The notes under the pieces were generated by a model. It made no database searches, was not told the DNA's origin, and worked only from the letters and a program-made list of their open reading frames with translations. A program made the position numbers and the translations under genes. Positions 47,253 to 56,513 of a stretch of DNA of 64,000 nucleotides are shown here, piece by piece (position 1 is the stretch's first letter; each line of letters starts with the position of its first letter). This stretch comes from an uncultured Candidatus Saccharibacteria bacterium (lineage in GTDB: Bacteria; Patescibacteriota; Doudnabacteria; UBA920), in assembly GCA_964532425.1 (NCBI GenBank), contig CAZHIA010000003.1, forward strand, positions 5,594-69,593, given 5' to 3'.

Positions 47253-48716
47253 ATGCTGAAAACCAAATTTTCTCCATTTTTTTTCTTACTTGTATTTGCA
47301 ATTGTGCCTTGGCCAGCTTCCGCTGATACTTCAGCCAGTTCTACGATCGGTGATATGAATACCGCAACAGCAACCGCGCCGACATTAACCATAGGAAACA
47401 GCGCGGCAATATCCACAACTACTGCAGGCTCGGTCCTTGGCCTGCAGGCCCCTGCCAAACCCCCGCTCATACAGGCAATCGAGAATGCCAAAGCGCAACT
47501 TGTTCCGGTCAGCTTGAACCATGCATTGACACCGGTCTCCAAGAACATCAAAAATAAAAAAACGAAAAAAACGACCAAGGTTATTACCGGGTATAACCTT
47601 ACGGCTAAAGATATTGCCCTGGCCATTCTCGATCCCGCCACTCAAAACGTTACCATTGTTAAAGGCATGCAGACCGGTAAAACCATGACCTTCAATGATC
47701 CGGCGGCGGATGTTAAATTGACCAGCTTCAATGGCGTCAATAGCCGCTTTTCCGTGAGCCGGCCTGCGGGAGGCACGGTCATTGCCCTAAAATATCTCAT
47801 CACCGGCACGGAATCCAGCAGCAAAGCAGCCATTGAGAATAGCATCTCGGAAGCCATCTACGTCCCCTATTCACCGGCACTTTCCAGCCCGGATGTCGTT
47901 GCCTATGGCGCCAATTACTTAAATGGTGTTATCAGACAGGTTACCGCAGGCTTGCAAGGCCTCCCTTCCCAGGCAGTACCCGGAAAAACCATCACCGAGG
48001 CCATCAAACCGTCACTGGTCAAGGCTCTGGTCTACGCCGAACATACGGATACCGGCAAGATCCTTTCCGGCAATCAAGATGACATCTTAGGCACCATAGA
48101 CCAGTTGAATATCTTGTTTGCTACCAACGAAGAAGACACCTACCGCTACAGCGTCAGCTCGGCCGGCGCCCGCGGTATTGCGCAATTTATGCCCTCCACG
48201 TACGCTTCACTGGTCCAGCGCCACCCTGAAGCGGCGCTGAATCCCGATTTTGTCGCGGGCATGTCCGACCATGTCAACGCCATTAAGGCCATGTATCTAC
48301 TCATCGACGACTATGCCGGTACGGTGCGCGTCAAAGCCCAGCAAGGCTATGCCGAAGGCCAACTGTTCGATTATGGAGCTGCTTCGTACAACGGCGGTAC
48401 CACGCGCGTAGCCAAGGCCGTCAATGCGTTCGGACAAAACTGGAACGCGGACCGGTCAGGCGAGATTGCCAGCATGCAGGCGCAAATCAATTCGCTGTCC
48501 TCGCAATCGAAAACCTTAGCTTCAAAGATCAAGAAGGCGAAGGACAAAAAGACCAAGGCTGATCTGCAGGCGCAGCTGTCCCAAGTCAAGAACCAGCTTG
48601 CCTCCACCTCAAACCAACTGGACACCATGCAATCAGCTACTCTGCGGAATGAAACTGTCAATTACCTGAAAAAAATCTACAATGTCATTCATGTCTTTAA
48701 TGACCAGCAGATTTAG
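47253..48716 (+). CDS. secreted protein with lytic-transglycosylase-like motif and C-terminal coiled coil
   Basis: Signal peptide MLKTKFSPFFFLLVFAIVPWPASA. SSAGARGIAQFMPSTYA resembles the SLT-domain motif S.AGA.GLMQ.MP.T. C-terminal heptad-rich KKAKDKKTKADLQAQLSQVKNQL. Confidence 0.5.
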   Translation: MLKTKFSPFFFLLVFAIVPWPASADTSASSTIGDMNTATATAPTLTIGNSAAISTTTAGSVLGLQAPAKPPLIQAIENAKAQLVPVSLNHALTPVSKNIKNKKTKKTTKVITGYNLTAKDIALAILDPATQNVTIVKGMQTGKTMTFNDPAADVKLTSFNGVNSRFSVSRPAGGTVIALKYLITGTESSSKAAIENSISEAIYVPYSPALSSPDVVAYGANYLNGVIRQVTAGLQGLPSQAVPGKTITEAIKPSLVKALVYAEHTDTGKILSGNQDDILGTIDQLNILFATNEEDTYRYSVSSAGARGIAQFMPSTYASLVQRHPEAALNPDFVAGMSDHVNAIKAMYLLIDDYAGTVRVKAQQGYAEGQLFDYGAASYNGGTTRVAKAVNAFGQNWNADRSGEIASMQAQINSLSSQSKTLASKIKKAKDKKTKADLQAQLSQVKNQLASTSNQLDTMQSATLRNETVNYLKKIYNVIHVFNDQQI

Positions 48717-48855
48717 GAGTCCAACATTTAACATATGACAATTGACCCGTGACCCGTTCTGCTCCGCTCAGGGTCATTCTGAGCTTCCCGAAAAATGCTC
48801 ATTAACCTTTGACCCATACAACCCTGTTAATGGTTCAATGTCAATTATCAATTGT
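48717..48855. repeat. intergenic word-repeat (AACATTTAACATATGACAATTGACCCGTGACCCG ... CATTAACCTTTGACCC...TCAATGTCAATTATCAATTG)
   Basis: Same TGACA/TTGAC/AACATTT vocabulary. Confidence 0.55.
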
Positions 48856-48900
48856 TTAAATAAACCCCGTTCCGCGCAACTGCGGAACGGGGTTTTGTTA
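48855..48900. terminator. bidirectional rho-independent terminator
   Basis: Hairpin AACCCCGTTCCGCGCAACTGCGGAACGGGGTT between convergent genes. Confidence 0.7.
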
Positions 48901-49704
48901 TACCTCTGCCTCAACCCGAGGCACGGTTTCGATCGAGGTCTTCCCTAGCGACTGCATGATACAGAGCCGAATCGCCTCGGCAACTTCGGAATCTTCAGCC
49001 ATGTCAGGCAGAGCCAGCTTGGCTGCCTCCGCATGCTTCTTGATCAAAGCGACGTGGCTACGGATGTCCTCAATCCTGATGAAGCCGAGCAAGAGCTGTT
49101 GCCTGAGCGAAAGCGCAATACGCGCATGATCATTGGTGACCAGCTCCTGCAGCTCATCTTCGCTGAGCGGATGGCCTTCGATGACCTCCAGCTCGGACAA
49201 GGGCGCACTTATAGCACTGAGCAAGGACCTAATTCTTTCGGCTATCGAGTCGGGATTGCCGCCGGTCGGACCCTCAACGAGCGTCCGTAAAAGTGATTGG
49301 GCATGCGTTATGGTTTTCCGGCGCCGGTACTCGTCGAAACTTGCCTGCGCTTCATCCACCACTTCTCCAAAAAACTTGTGGTCGACGCCAAGCTGGTTAA
49401 ATTCCAAACCGAGCGACTTCAGGTGGTCAGCAACATCCAGGCCGATGTTTATCGGCTGGCGAGCTCCCCGCTTGTCATACTCCTCGGGTTCTGAGCAGAG
49501 CAATCCCTGCATAGTCCGGAGCACATAGACTGTTGCATCCAGGCGCGAGGCTTCAGCATGGTGAGCAGCCATAACGCGCTCCATTTCGGCCTTATGCTCA
49601 GCTTTGAGCAATTTGATCTTGTGGAATTGCATAAACAACAGAGCCCACCCCACGACACCGATAGCAACAACCACGAGGTCAAAAAATACTATTCGATCGA
49701 ACAT
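48898..49704 (-). CDS. hypothetical membrane-anchored protein (268 aa)
   Basis: N-terminal TM (IVFFDLVVVAIGVVGWALLF), then a helical soluble domain. SD ACAGGAGGAATG upstream. Confidence 0.5.
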   Translation of the reverse strand: MFDRIVFFDLVVVAIGVVGWALLFMQFHKIKLLKAEHKAEMERVMAAHHAEASRLDATVYVLRTMQGLLCSEPEEYDKRGARQPINIGLDVADHLKSLGLEFNQLGVDHKFFGEVVDEAQASFDEYRRRKTITHAQSLLRTLVEGPTGGNPDSIAERIRSLLSAISAPLSELEVIEGHPLSEDELQELVTNDHARIALSLRQQLLLGFIRIEDIRSHVALIKKHAEAAKLALPDMAEDSEVAEAIRLCIMQSLGKTSIETVPRVEAEV

Positions 49705-49923
49705 GCTTCATTCCTCCTGTTTCCTTTCTCACTCCCTTGCCAGACCGCCTGCTTGGCAGCTGGACTCGCAAGAAAGCGCATTCAGCCCGCTGATGGTTGT
49801 TTTGGTTTTACCTGTAATTAAAGCATTTCCCAACCCAAATGTCAATTGAGGCACCAATACTAAATAAAACTGCCTTTGTATGTCAACAAAGGCAGTGCTA
49901 CTTACCTAAAACCGGCGTATTAC

Positions 49924-50346
49924 TTATTGATTATTGAATGCGTGGTCAAATTCCCGGTTTACTTCCAGCCGCAAAGCCCGGCGGTGCGCCCATGCGCCTA
50001 GCCGAGCTGCGGCGATGAACGATCCGCCAATTGCCGCACAAGCGCTCAACATGAATTCAGCATCCTGCAGCCCTCTGCCGGCGTGGCGCGAGAAATAGAC
50101 CCAACCGCCATTTCCCACAGCCAGAATTAGAGTCTCGATCGCTAATCGGAGCTTATTTGCCGTCCCCTTGAGAACGCCTTCTTTCGCGGCTATCCAAACT
50201 TCGCCAATCATAATCATGGAAAAGATCAGGCAGACGAAACTAGCGAAGGCATTGAACTCCCAGTGAGCCACGGAGGCGTAAATAATCAGCGCGTCCGCAC
50301 CAAGGAAAAGGACAAACATCCATTCATACAACAATCGCAGCCACAT
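49924..50346 (-). CDS. hypothetical small membrane protein (4 TM, about 140 aa)
   Basis: Start at MWLRLL preceded by ACAGGAGGAATG SD, the same motif as the 48898 gene. Confidence 0.5.
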   Translation of the reverse strand: MWLRLLYEWMFVLFLGADALIIYASVAHWEFNAFASFVCLIFSMIMIGEVWIAAKEGVLKGTANKLRLAIETLILAVGNGGWVYFSRHAGRGLQDAEFMLSACAAIGGSFIAAARLGAWAHRRALRLEVNREFDHAFNNQ

Positions 50347-50414
50347 ACATTCCTCCTGTTTTTGTTTGAGATGAATACCTATCATTTAAGCATATCGTTA
50401 CCCATACGTCAATC

Positions 50415-50457
50415 TCCCAATTAAAACAAACCCTCCCGGAAATCTCCAGGAGGGTTT
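50415..50457 (-). terminator. rho-independent terminator
   Basis: Hairpin AAACCCTCCCGGAAATCTCCAGGAGGGTTT. Confidence 0.6.
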
Positions 50458-50474
50458 CGAACTTGCACGAAGTT

Positions 50475-50975
50475 TCATTTTACCGGGTTTTCCGGAGCTG
50501 GCGCCGGGGTGTCGTACACCATCGGCAGGCGCTGGGCGAGAAATTGATTGATCAGCTTGCAGCCGGAATCAATCTGCTTCCTTTTGTCCGGCGAAACACC
50601 ACCCCCCAATAAGAATTCAATTTCGTCAAGCCAGCCAGTTGCCAAGTCCCGGCTCAGTTCGAACACGGCTGAAACCGGGTGCGTCTCGCCTACTCCGAGA
50701 CAAAATCGGTTTCCACTACCGATCCCCATTTTCCTGTTTTTAAGTTTGCTCAAGCACCAACCCTGGGGATATTGTTTTGGATTTCCCAAACAGTTGTGAA
50801 CCACATACCCGCGAGGAAACACAGTGCGGTGACCAAATGTTTCACCCAGCCAAACAATCAGAGCATCGATTGATTGGCGATTCTTTTCCATCAGCTGAGA
50901 GTAATCGCTCCCATACCTGAGCAGTCGGCTTACCGCTTCCGTGAGAGAAGCATTCAAGGCATTAGCAAACGACAT
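50475..50975 (-). CDS. hypothetical protein (166 aa)
   Basis: Clean ORF with a terminator downstream. No family recognised. Confidence 0.45.
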   Translation of the reverse strand: MSFANALNASLTEAVSRLLRYGSDYSQLMEKNRQSIDALIVWLGETFGHRTVFPRGYVVHNCLGNPKQYPQGWCLSKLKNRKMGIGSGNRFCLGVGETHPVSAVFELSRDLATGWLDEIEFLLGGGVSPDKRKQIDSGCKLINQFLAQRLPMVYDTPAPAPENPVK

Positions 50976-51070
50976 TGCAGTACTCCGTGTTTTAGGTCCA
51001 CTTGACCGTTGAGTGTCCTCCTTACATCAGGACTGGCTATTATAATACAACGAGACCGTCCTGTCAAGAG

Positions 51071-51111
51071 CAACAAAAAACGCAAGGCCGGGTTTCAAAC
51101 CCGACCTTGCG
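51071..51111 (-). terminator. rho-independent terminator
   Basis: Hairpin CGCAAGGCCGGGTTTCAAACCCGACCTTGCG with a U-run on the minus strand. Confidence 0.6.
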
Positions 51112-51125
51112 AATGTGAGTGAGTT

Positions 51126-52994
51126 CTATTTTTCTATCGTATCACCCTTGCCGTAACCATCCACTTCCGACTGCGGTAATGTGGTAATCTGCTTCGGCTT
51201 GATTCTGCGGTTGTTGAAGGCTTTCAGAGTTAGCGGCCTCAGCTGTCCTTTTTGCACCAGATAGACCGTACCGTCCTTGTCACCCTTGATGATCGTGCCA
51301 TCCTTGGGCGGGACCGGCATGCCAAGCTGCCACGTACTGGCTACGTCCTGGGAAAAGACGTAATCAGGAGTAATCTTGCGCTGCTTGATCACATAATCGG
51401 AGATGGGGTGCATGGACCCTTCCTTATACTCGTATTGCTGCCCGGTCTTAGAACCGATGGCGAAGAACGTGTAATCTTTAGGCGCCGCAAATCCTCCGGC
51501 TGGCAGCGCGTCCACCTCCTCGGGAGCCAACGAAGCAATCTGCTTATAGCTGAATCCGCGGTTCTTGAAGATTTCACCGAGCACCGGCTGTTTCAGACCA
51601 TTCTGGATCTGATAGACCGTACCGCTATTACTGGCTTTGACCAGAGTGCCGTCAAGCGGCGGCACGAAGCCGTTTTGCGTATACGTGGAAATCTCATCAT
51701 CCGGCACGGAATAGATGGACTTGGCCGTCACCTTGCGCTGGCCGAACGTAAAGGCCGAAAATAGCTTAATCTTGCCGTCCTGGACCAAATATACGGCCTT
51801 ATTCGTGACTCCGCGGATGACCGTGCCGTCTTTCGGCGGCAAGACTGTTCCGTTGTCGAACAGCATGGCATCCTGAGCGCTGACGGTAATTACCTTTTCC
51901 GGATTGAGACCGCGTTGTTTGAGCACTAAGTCAGACGCCAGGTGTTTGATATTATTCTGGAACAAATATTTTTTATTCTCTCCCGCTACCGTCACGATGG
52001 TATCATCGACCGGACCTAAAACCTTGTCGGTTTGATAGCTGTCGAACTCATTCGGAGAAACGACAACTGTGGTGTTCAAATTCAAATTGCGGGCTTGGGC
52101 GACGAACAACGGCACCAATTGTTTGACTCCATTCTGAATTATGTACGTATCGAGCCCGTTGGCGAGCTTCAGGAGCGTACCGTTTGGATATTTGAACCAA
52201 GCCTGAAAATATTTCCAAAAATTATAATTGCCGTTATAGACATGCGGCGTAAAACGGTATAGCGCGGCAGTCGCGCGGTTGGAAAGCTGCAGGGTCTGCT
52301 GCGGCATAATGCCGTCATAGCCGCCCATAGTGTTTTCCAAAGTAATGACGTCCCCGACATGGGAAACGCTGCCGTTGAATTCCGGCCCGCGCCCATTCGG
52401 CGTGGAAAATGATTTCATCAAGGATTTGGCAGCGCCTAAATAACGGTTGCCGCTGGAATCGAAATTCCCGAACAGTTGATAATAGAATCCCGGGTACATA
52501 CTCTGGCTGCAGCCGGTGCTATCGGGGCAGCCGAAGCCCAAAGCAAAATCCAGCGCCCGCTGGAGTCCCTGCTGGTTCGGATCGGAAAAGGCGGTAATCA
52601 GCCCCTGTTCCTTATTGAGTGTGACCAAAATAACTTGCGGGTTCAGGCCGCTGGCCCGCGATGCGTCCCAGATCAATTCGGCTGCCGTACGCAAACGCCC
52701 GAGATTCGGCTGTGGATCATCAAGCCCTTGTTTGAGCATGGTCACCGTCGGCTCTTTGAGTTTGACCAAAAAATCAGGACTCGTATTGGCTAGGACCGAC
52801 CCCTTAATTTCCAGAAACTTTTGAATACCCTGCGGCCCGCCGAATGTTTCCATATCGCCAAACACCTTATCGTCAATAAGTTTTTCCGGATTGAACGCCG
52901 AGTCAACCGCCTGGCCTTGTGCCAGGGCAGGAAGCGGCAATAAGACCAACATGATTATCACAAGCAGCTTGGCGAATTTTTTATTGATGGGCAT
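51126..52994 (-). CDS. secreted protein (622 aa) with N-terminal uncharacterised domain and three C-terminal about 60-aa repeat modules
   Basis: Signal peptide MPINKKFAKLLVIIMLVLLPLPALA. Repeats DGTVIRGVTNKAVYLVQDGKIKLFS... / DGTLVKASNSGTVYQIQNGLKQPV... / DGTIIKGDKDGTVYLVQKGQLRPL... shared with the adjacent S8 protease. Confidence 0.6.
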   Translation of the reverse strand: MPINKKFAKLLVIIMLVLLPLPALAQGQAVDSAFNPEKLIDDKVFGDMETFGGPQGIQKFLEIKGSVLANTSPDFLVKLKEPTVTMLKQGLDDPQPNLGRLRTAAELIWDASRASGLNPQVILVTLNKEQGLITAFSDPNQQGLQRALDFALGFGCPDSTGCSQSMYPGFYYQLFGNFDSSGNRYLGAAKSLMKSFSTPNGRGPEFNGSVSHVGDVITLENTMGGYDGIMPQQTLQLSNRATAALYRFTPHVYNGNYNFWKYFQAWFKYPNGTLLKLANGLDTYIIQNGVKQLVPLFVAQARNLNLNTTVVVSPNEFDSYQTDKVLGPVDDTIVTVAGENKKYLFQNNIKHLASDLVLKQRGLNPEKVITVSAQDAMLFDNGTVLPPKDGTVIRGVTNKAVYLVQDGKIKLFSAFTFGQRKVTAKSIYSVPDDEISTYTQNGFVPPLDGTLVKASNSGTVYQIQNGLKQPVLGEIFKNRGFSYKQIASLAPEEVDALPAGGFAAPKDYTFFAIGSKTGQQYEYKEGSMHPISDYVIKQRKITPDYVFSQDVASTWQLGMPVPPKDGTIIKGDKDGTVYLVQKGQLRPLTLKAFNNRRIKPKQITTLPQSEVDGYGKGDTIEK

Positions 52995-53004
52995 AGAGTA
53001 TCCG

Positions 53005-53165
53005 GTTAATGTTTTTAGTAGAAATTCATTGAAACTGATTGAAATTAGTCGTGTCTCACGATTAGTTTCAATAAATTTCTACCAGTTTCTATTAATTTCG
53101 TGCAGTATGCAGCAACAATTTTGTCAATTTAAAATTTTGCTCAATTTTGTCAATTATAATATATA
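53005..53165. repeat. composite intergenic palindrome (GAAATTGATTGAAATT / TTGTCAATTT words), copy 4
   Basis: GAAACTGATTGAAATTAGTCGTGTCTCACGATTAGTTTCAATAAATTTC plus TTTTGTCAATTTAAAATTTTGCTCAATTTTGTCAATT. Confidence 0.65.
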
Positions 53166-55004
53166 CGCTTCCCCTTTCGGGTAGTTCGGTACATCCTTGT
53201 CCGAGATTATAAAAAGCGGAAATACGTTAAGACCGCGCTGCAGGTAGAAACCGCGGTTAATGGGATGCAAAGCTCCGGCCACTACCCAATATACGGTCTG
53301 GCCGCGGCTGCCCCGGACCAGCGTACCGTCAGTCGGCGCCAAAAACGGCCCTGTAATCCACGAACTGACTTCCGGGTAACTGACCGTGTTAACATCGCTG
53401 AATTTGAAACCGCGCTGCTGAAAAACCTGGTATGTAACCGGCTGCTTTAAACCTTTGGAAATTATATAGACCGTACCGTCGGAGATACCTTTAACCAGGG
53501 TATTTTCGAGCGGAGTCGCATATGCCCCCTCCGGATACATGCTGAGCTTGGCTTGGGACACAATCTTAATGCCGATGCCAAAGAAGCGCTGATTATAGAC
53601 AAAAGAAGAAACAAGCCGCCGCTGGCCGCCCGCAATCTGGTACACCGCATCGGAGTCCTGAGATTTGACCAAGTCACCATCCATAATAGCCGTCACCAGA
53701 TCGCTCTGAAGCGCTTTCACCACATTAATCCTGCCGGTTCCCAGCTTGCCTTTGCACGAACCGCCGCCGCATTGAGTCAGGTTCAAATCATCTATCGGAT
53801 CGACTGCGGAAACAATTCGGTCGCGAATCTGGATATTGGTCGCTGTTGGATACATGGCTTTCAGCAGCACCGCTTCGGCTGAAACGAATGGTGCAGCCAA
53901 GCTGGTCCCAGAAACGTAGGCATACGAATTCGGAGCCAGATTGTTGTTCACCGGCTCATGGTTGATGGTGGAAAGAATGCGCTTGCCCGGGGCGGACACG
54001 TCGATACAATTTTTGCCATAATTGGAAAAAGTAGGCTTCAGGTCATTCTGATCCACCGCAGCTACGCCGATGACCATATTTTGGTCATTATCATTGCAAA
54101 TAGGAAAGACCGGTTTTGCATCAAGATCGCCTCCCGTGGTAGCAACATCGTTTCCGGCAGCGGCAACAATAACCACTCCTTTACCGAATGCGTAAGAAAT
54201 GGCGCTGGCCAGGGCAGCATCATGGGAGAAACCACTGCCACCGAGACTAATATTGATAATAGATGCTTTATGATCGGTGGCCCACACAATAGCTTCTGCC
54301 ACGGTTGCGGCATCACCCCGGCCTTCTGCGTCGAGGGCTTTGAGCGGCATAACCGTCACATTCCAGGCGCCACCTGCAATCCCCTTGTTATTATTCGGTA
54401 CGGCAGCCAAAATCCCGGCGATCAGCGTGCCATGACCGTTATCATCGGAATTCACGTCACCACGGAGGGGCTGGTTGGCCACAAAATCAAAACCGTCAGC
54501 CTTGCGGATACCTTGAAGGTCCTCATGGGTAAAATCTATGCCAGTATCGATGATAGCCACAGTCGCGGTAGCGGTACCGGTAGTTTTTTCCCAGGCAATC
54601 GGGAACCCCGCCTTGGTAAGACCCCACTGTTTGTCAATATCCCGGGGATTCAAAGTAAACCCAGGGTCATTAACCGTCACGGTCTCTTCCTGCATCTGGC
54701 CTAAAGGCTCCAGGGATACCACCGATGACCCGAAGCGGCGCTGTAGTTCCTCTAAAGAATATACGGAGCGGAAGGTATAAATGTTTCTGAATTGCTGTTC
54801 ATGAGAAAAAACAAACCGATGGCGCACATCAGTCCCCGCCTGCTGCAGCACGGCTGCATCATCTGATTTCAATTGTACGACGTAGGAGGCTGGGGCTGAC
54901 GCATTCGCTGGTGCGGTGATACTGCCGGCCATAGCAAAAAAAACTGAGAATATCAGTACGGTTATCGTGATGTGCGTGCGTTGTGAGGCTACCTTTAATT
55001 CCAT
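53154..55004 (-). CDS. subtilisin-like serine protease (S8) with C-terminal triplicated about 60-aa repeat modules
   Basis: Catalytic triad motifs AIIDTGIDFTHEDL (Asp), HGTLIAGILAA (His), GTSLAAPFVSAEAVLL (Ser). C-terminal repeats DGDLVKSQDSDAVYQIAGG..., NTLVKGISDGTVYIISKG..., DGTLVRGSRGQTVYWVVAG.... Confidence 0.85.
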   Translation of the reverse strand: MELKVASQRTHITITVLIFSVFFAMAGSITAPANASAPASYVVQLKSDDAAVLQQAGTDVRHRFVFSHEQQFRNIYTFRSVYSLEELQRRFGSSVVSLEPLGQMQEETVTVNDPGFTLNPRDIDKQWGLTKAGFPIAWEKTTGTATATVAIIDTGIDFTHEDLQGIRKADGFDFVANQPLRGDVNSDDNGHGTLIAGILAAVPNNNKGIAGGAWNVTVMPLKALDAEGRGDAATVAEAIVWATDHKASIINISLGGSGFSHDAALASAISYAFGKGVVIVAAAGNDVATTGGDLDAKPVFPICNDNDQNMVIGVAAVDQNDLKPTFSNYGKNCIDVSAPGKRILSTINHEPVNNNLAPNSYAYVSGTSLAAPFVSAEAVLLKAMYPTATNIQIRDRIVSAVDPIDDLNLTQCGGGSCKGKLGTGRINVVKALQSDLVTAIMDGDLVKSQDSDAVYQIAGGQRRLVSSFVYNQRFFGIGIKIVSQAKLSMYPEGAYATPLENTLVKGISDGTVYIISKGLKQPVTYQVFQQRGFKFSDVNTVSYPEVSSWITGPFLAPTDGTLVRGSRGQTVYWVVAGALHPINRGFYLQRGLNVFPLFIISDKDVPNYPKGEAYIL

Positions 55005-55113
55005 TAAAAATTCAGATTATTCAATGGTTCCATACGGGAATCCATGGCTCACGTCGGGCGAGGCGAACCACCGCTTCCTATAAACTATAACCTACAAACT
55101 ATAAACTATTCCC

Positions 55114-55833
55114 TTATTTGTACTTTCCCGACCACAAATTCAACCGTACTTGAATAACTTCAAGTAGCATGTTGACCATGCCGGAAAACTTCACATGACT
55201 TGCCTCGTCATTGACCCACGTAATAGGCAGCTCCTGGATCTTGCAGCGGGAGCGTCGCGCCAGGGCAAGGATCTCGACATCAAAGGCCCAGCGGTAAATG
55301 GTCTGTTTGGGAAAAATGGCTTGGGCTGATTTGGCCGTAAAAGCCTTAAATCCGCATTGAGTGTCAGTGACACCGACCGGCACCAGAATATGGACAATAG
55401 TCCTAAAGCACCAGCCGAGAAATTCCCGGATCATTTTTTGATCCTTGGCCACATGCGAGCCGGCAATGCGCCGGGACCCGACCACCGCATCAAACCCCTG
55501 GTCAAAGTAAGGCAAGAAATTGCCGATTTCGTCGATCTTGGTGGAGTTGTCCGCATCCATAAATACGCGAACATCTCCGCTTGCTTCCAGCATGCCCTGC
55601 TTGACCACCCACCCTTTCCCGTGATTTTCCTGGTTGTCCAGCAAGCGAATACGCGGAATTTGCGGCTGTAGTTGTTTCACTACTTCGGCGGTATTGTCTT
55701 TGGAACCGTCATTCACCACCACAATCTCCGACTCATAACTCTGCGCCGACAGGTATTCATTGACTGAAATGAGGGTGTGGGAAATGCGGGATGCCTCGTT
55801 ATACGCCGGTATAACGACCGATAATTTTTTCAT
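55114..55833 (-). CDS. GT2 polyprenyl-phosphate glycosyltransferase (dolichyl-phosphate mannosyltransferase-like)
   Basis: KLSVVIPAYNEASRI ... EIVVVNDGSKDNT ... DADNSTK ... GSRRIAG is the typical DPM1/ArnC-like GT2 arrangement. Confidence 0.8.
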   Translation of the reverse strand: MKKLSVVIPAYNEASRISHTLISVNEYLSAQSYESEIVVVNDGSKDNTAEVVKQLQPQIPRIRLLDNQENHGKGWVVKQGMLEASGDVRVFMDADNSTKIDEIGNFLPYFDQGFDAVVGSRRIAGSHVAKDQKMIREFLGWCFRTIVHILVPVGVTDTQCGFKAFTAKSAQAIFPKQTIYRWAFDVEILALARRSRCKIQELPITWVNDEASHVKFSGMVNMLLEVIQVRLNLWSGKYK

Positions 55834-55947
55834 TTTTGATATTTTAATGGCACCTATAGTATACCAAAATCAGCCGCTTTTTCATAATTCCCTGCCTTAG
55901 CAAAGACGAAGGTGTCCGATTTTTTGTTACGAAAAGAACCAGCAGCA

Positions 55948-56406
55948 TTACTGCTGCTGGTGCGAGAGATTTCTGCACTGGGCGGATTGATGCGCATGGA
56001 GCCTGGAGACCACCTGTGCCGGTAGGCACGCGGACAAATCGCTTAAGAGGTCTGGATCCTGTCCTTGGCCGCCGAGAATGGTTTCGATCATTTCCACAAG
56101 CAATAGCATAGCATCTTCTACGAGTGGGTGATCTAAAGCCAGCCGGCTTGAAGTTTGCAGACGCTTAATCTCCCCTTCCAGAAGCTGAAGATCGGAAAGG
56201 TTCAGATTGGTATTCCTGCGTATGCGGCACAAACCTCTCAGCCGAGCAAGCGGTTTTTCGTTTTTCAATGCCTCAATCTGCAAAAGGATTTCCGGATGAG
56301 TGCCGGCGGTGTCCTGGACGGGCTTGAGACGCAAACCTGCTGGTTTACGGTAATCCGAAGTTTCAAAAGTTCTCATACTGCCATCAGTTTCTGCGACGTG
56401 CATCAT
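55948..56406 (-). CDS. hypothetical protein (152 aa)
   Basis: Clean co-directional ORF. No family recognised. Confidence 0.4.
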   Translation of the reverse strand: MMHVAETDGSMRTFETSDYRKPAGLRLKPVQDTAGTHPEILLQIEALKNEKPLARLRGLCRIRRNTNLNLSDLQLLEGEIKRLQTSSRLALDHPLVEDAMLLLVEMIETILGGQGQDPDLLSDLSACLPAQVVSRLHAHQSAQCRNLSHQQQ

Positions 56407-56513
56407 GCCTCCTTACCACCACTATAGCAGCGCGATTTAGGGAACGCAATTCAGATTACGCACGAGCGTCTCCATTCACTATCATATGAAATGTGCCGGG
56501 CAGGGACCGCGCA

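Noticed and set aside
47141-47641. 166-aa minus-strand ORF overlapping the promoter and 5' end of the 47253 gene
   Set aside because: Overlaps a better-supported signal-peptide-containing gene on the other strand. Hydrophobic low-complexity translation of the AT-rich promoter region.
50380-50474. GGGTTTCGAAC motif resembling a tRNA T-loop
   Set aside because: No acceptor stem or cloverleaf can be built around it. The sequence is a terminator hairpin. No convincing tRNA was found anywhere in the window.
53958-54704. 248-aa plus-strand ORF inside the S8 protease gene
   Set aside because: Antisense shadow ORF. The protease triad motifs are on the minus strand.
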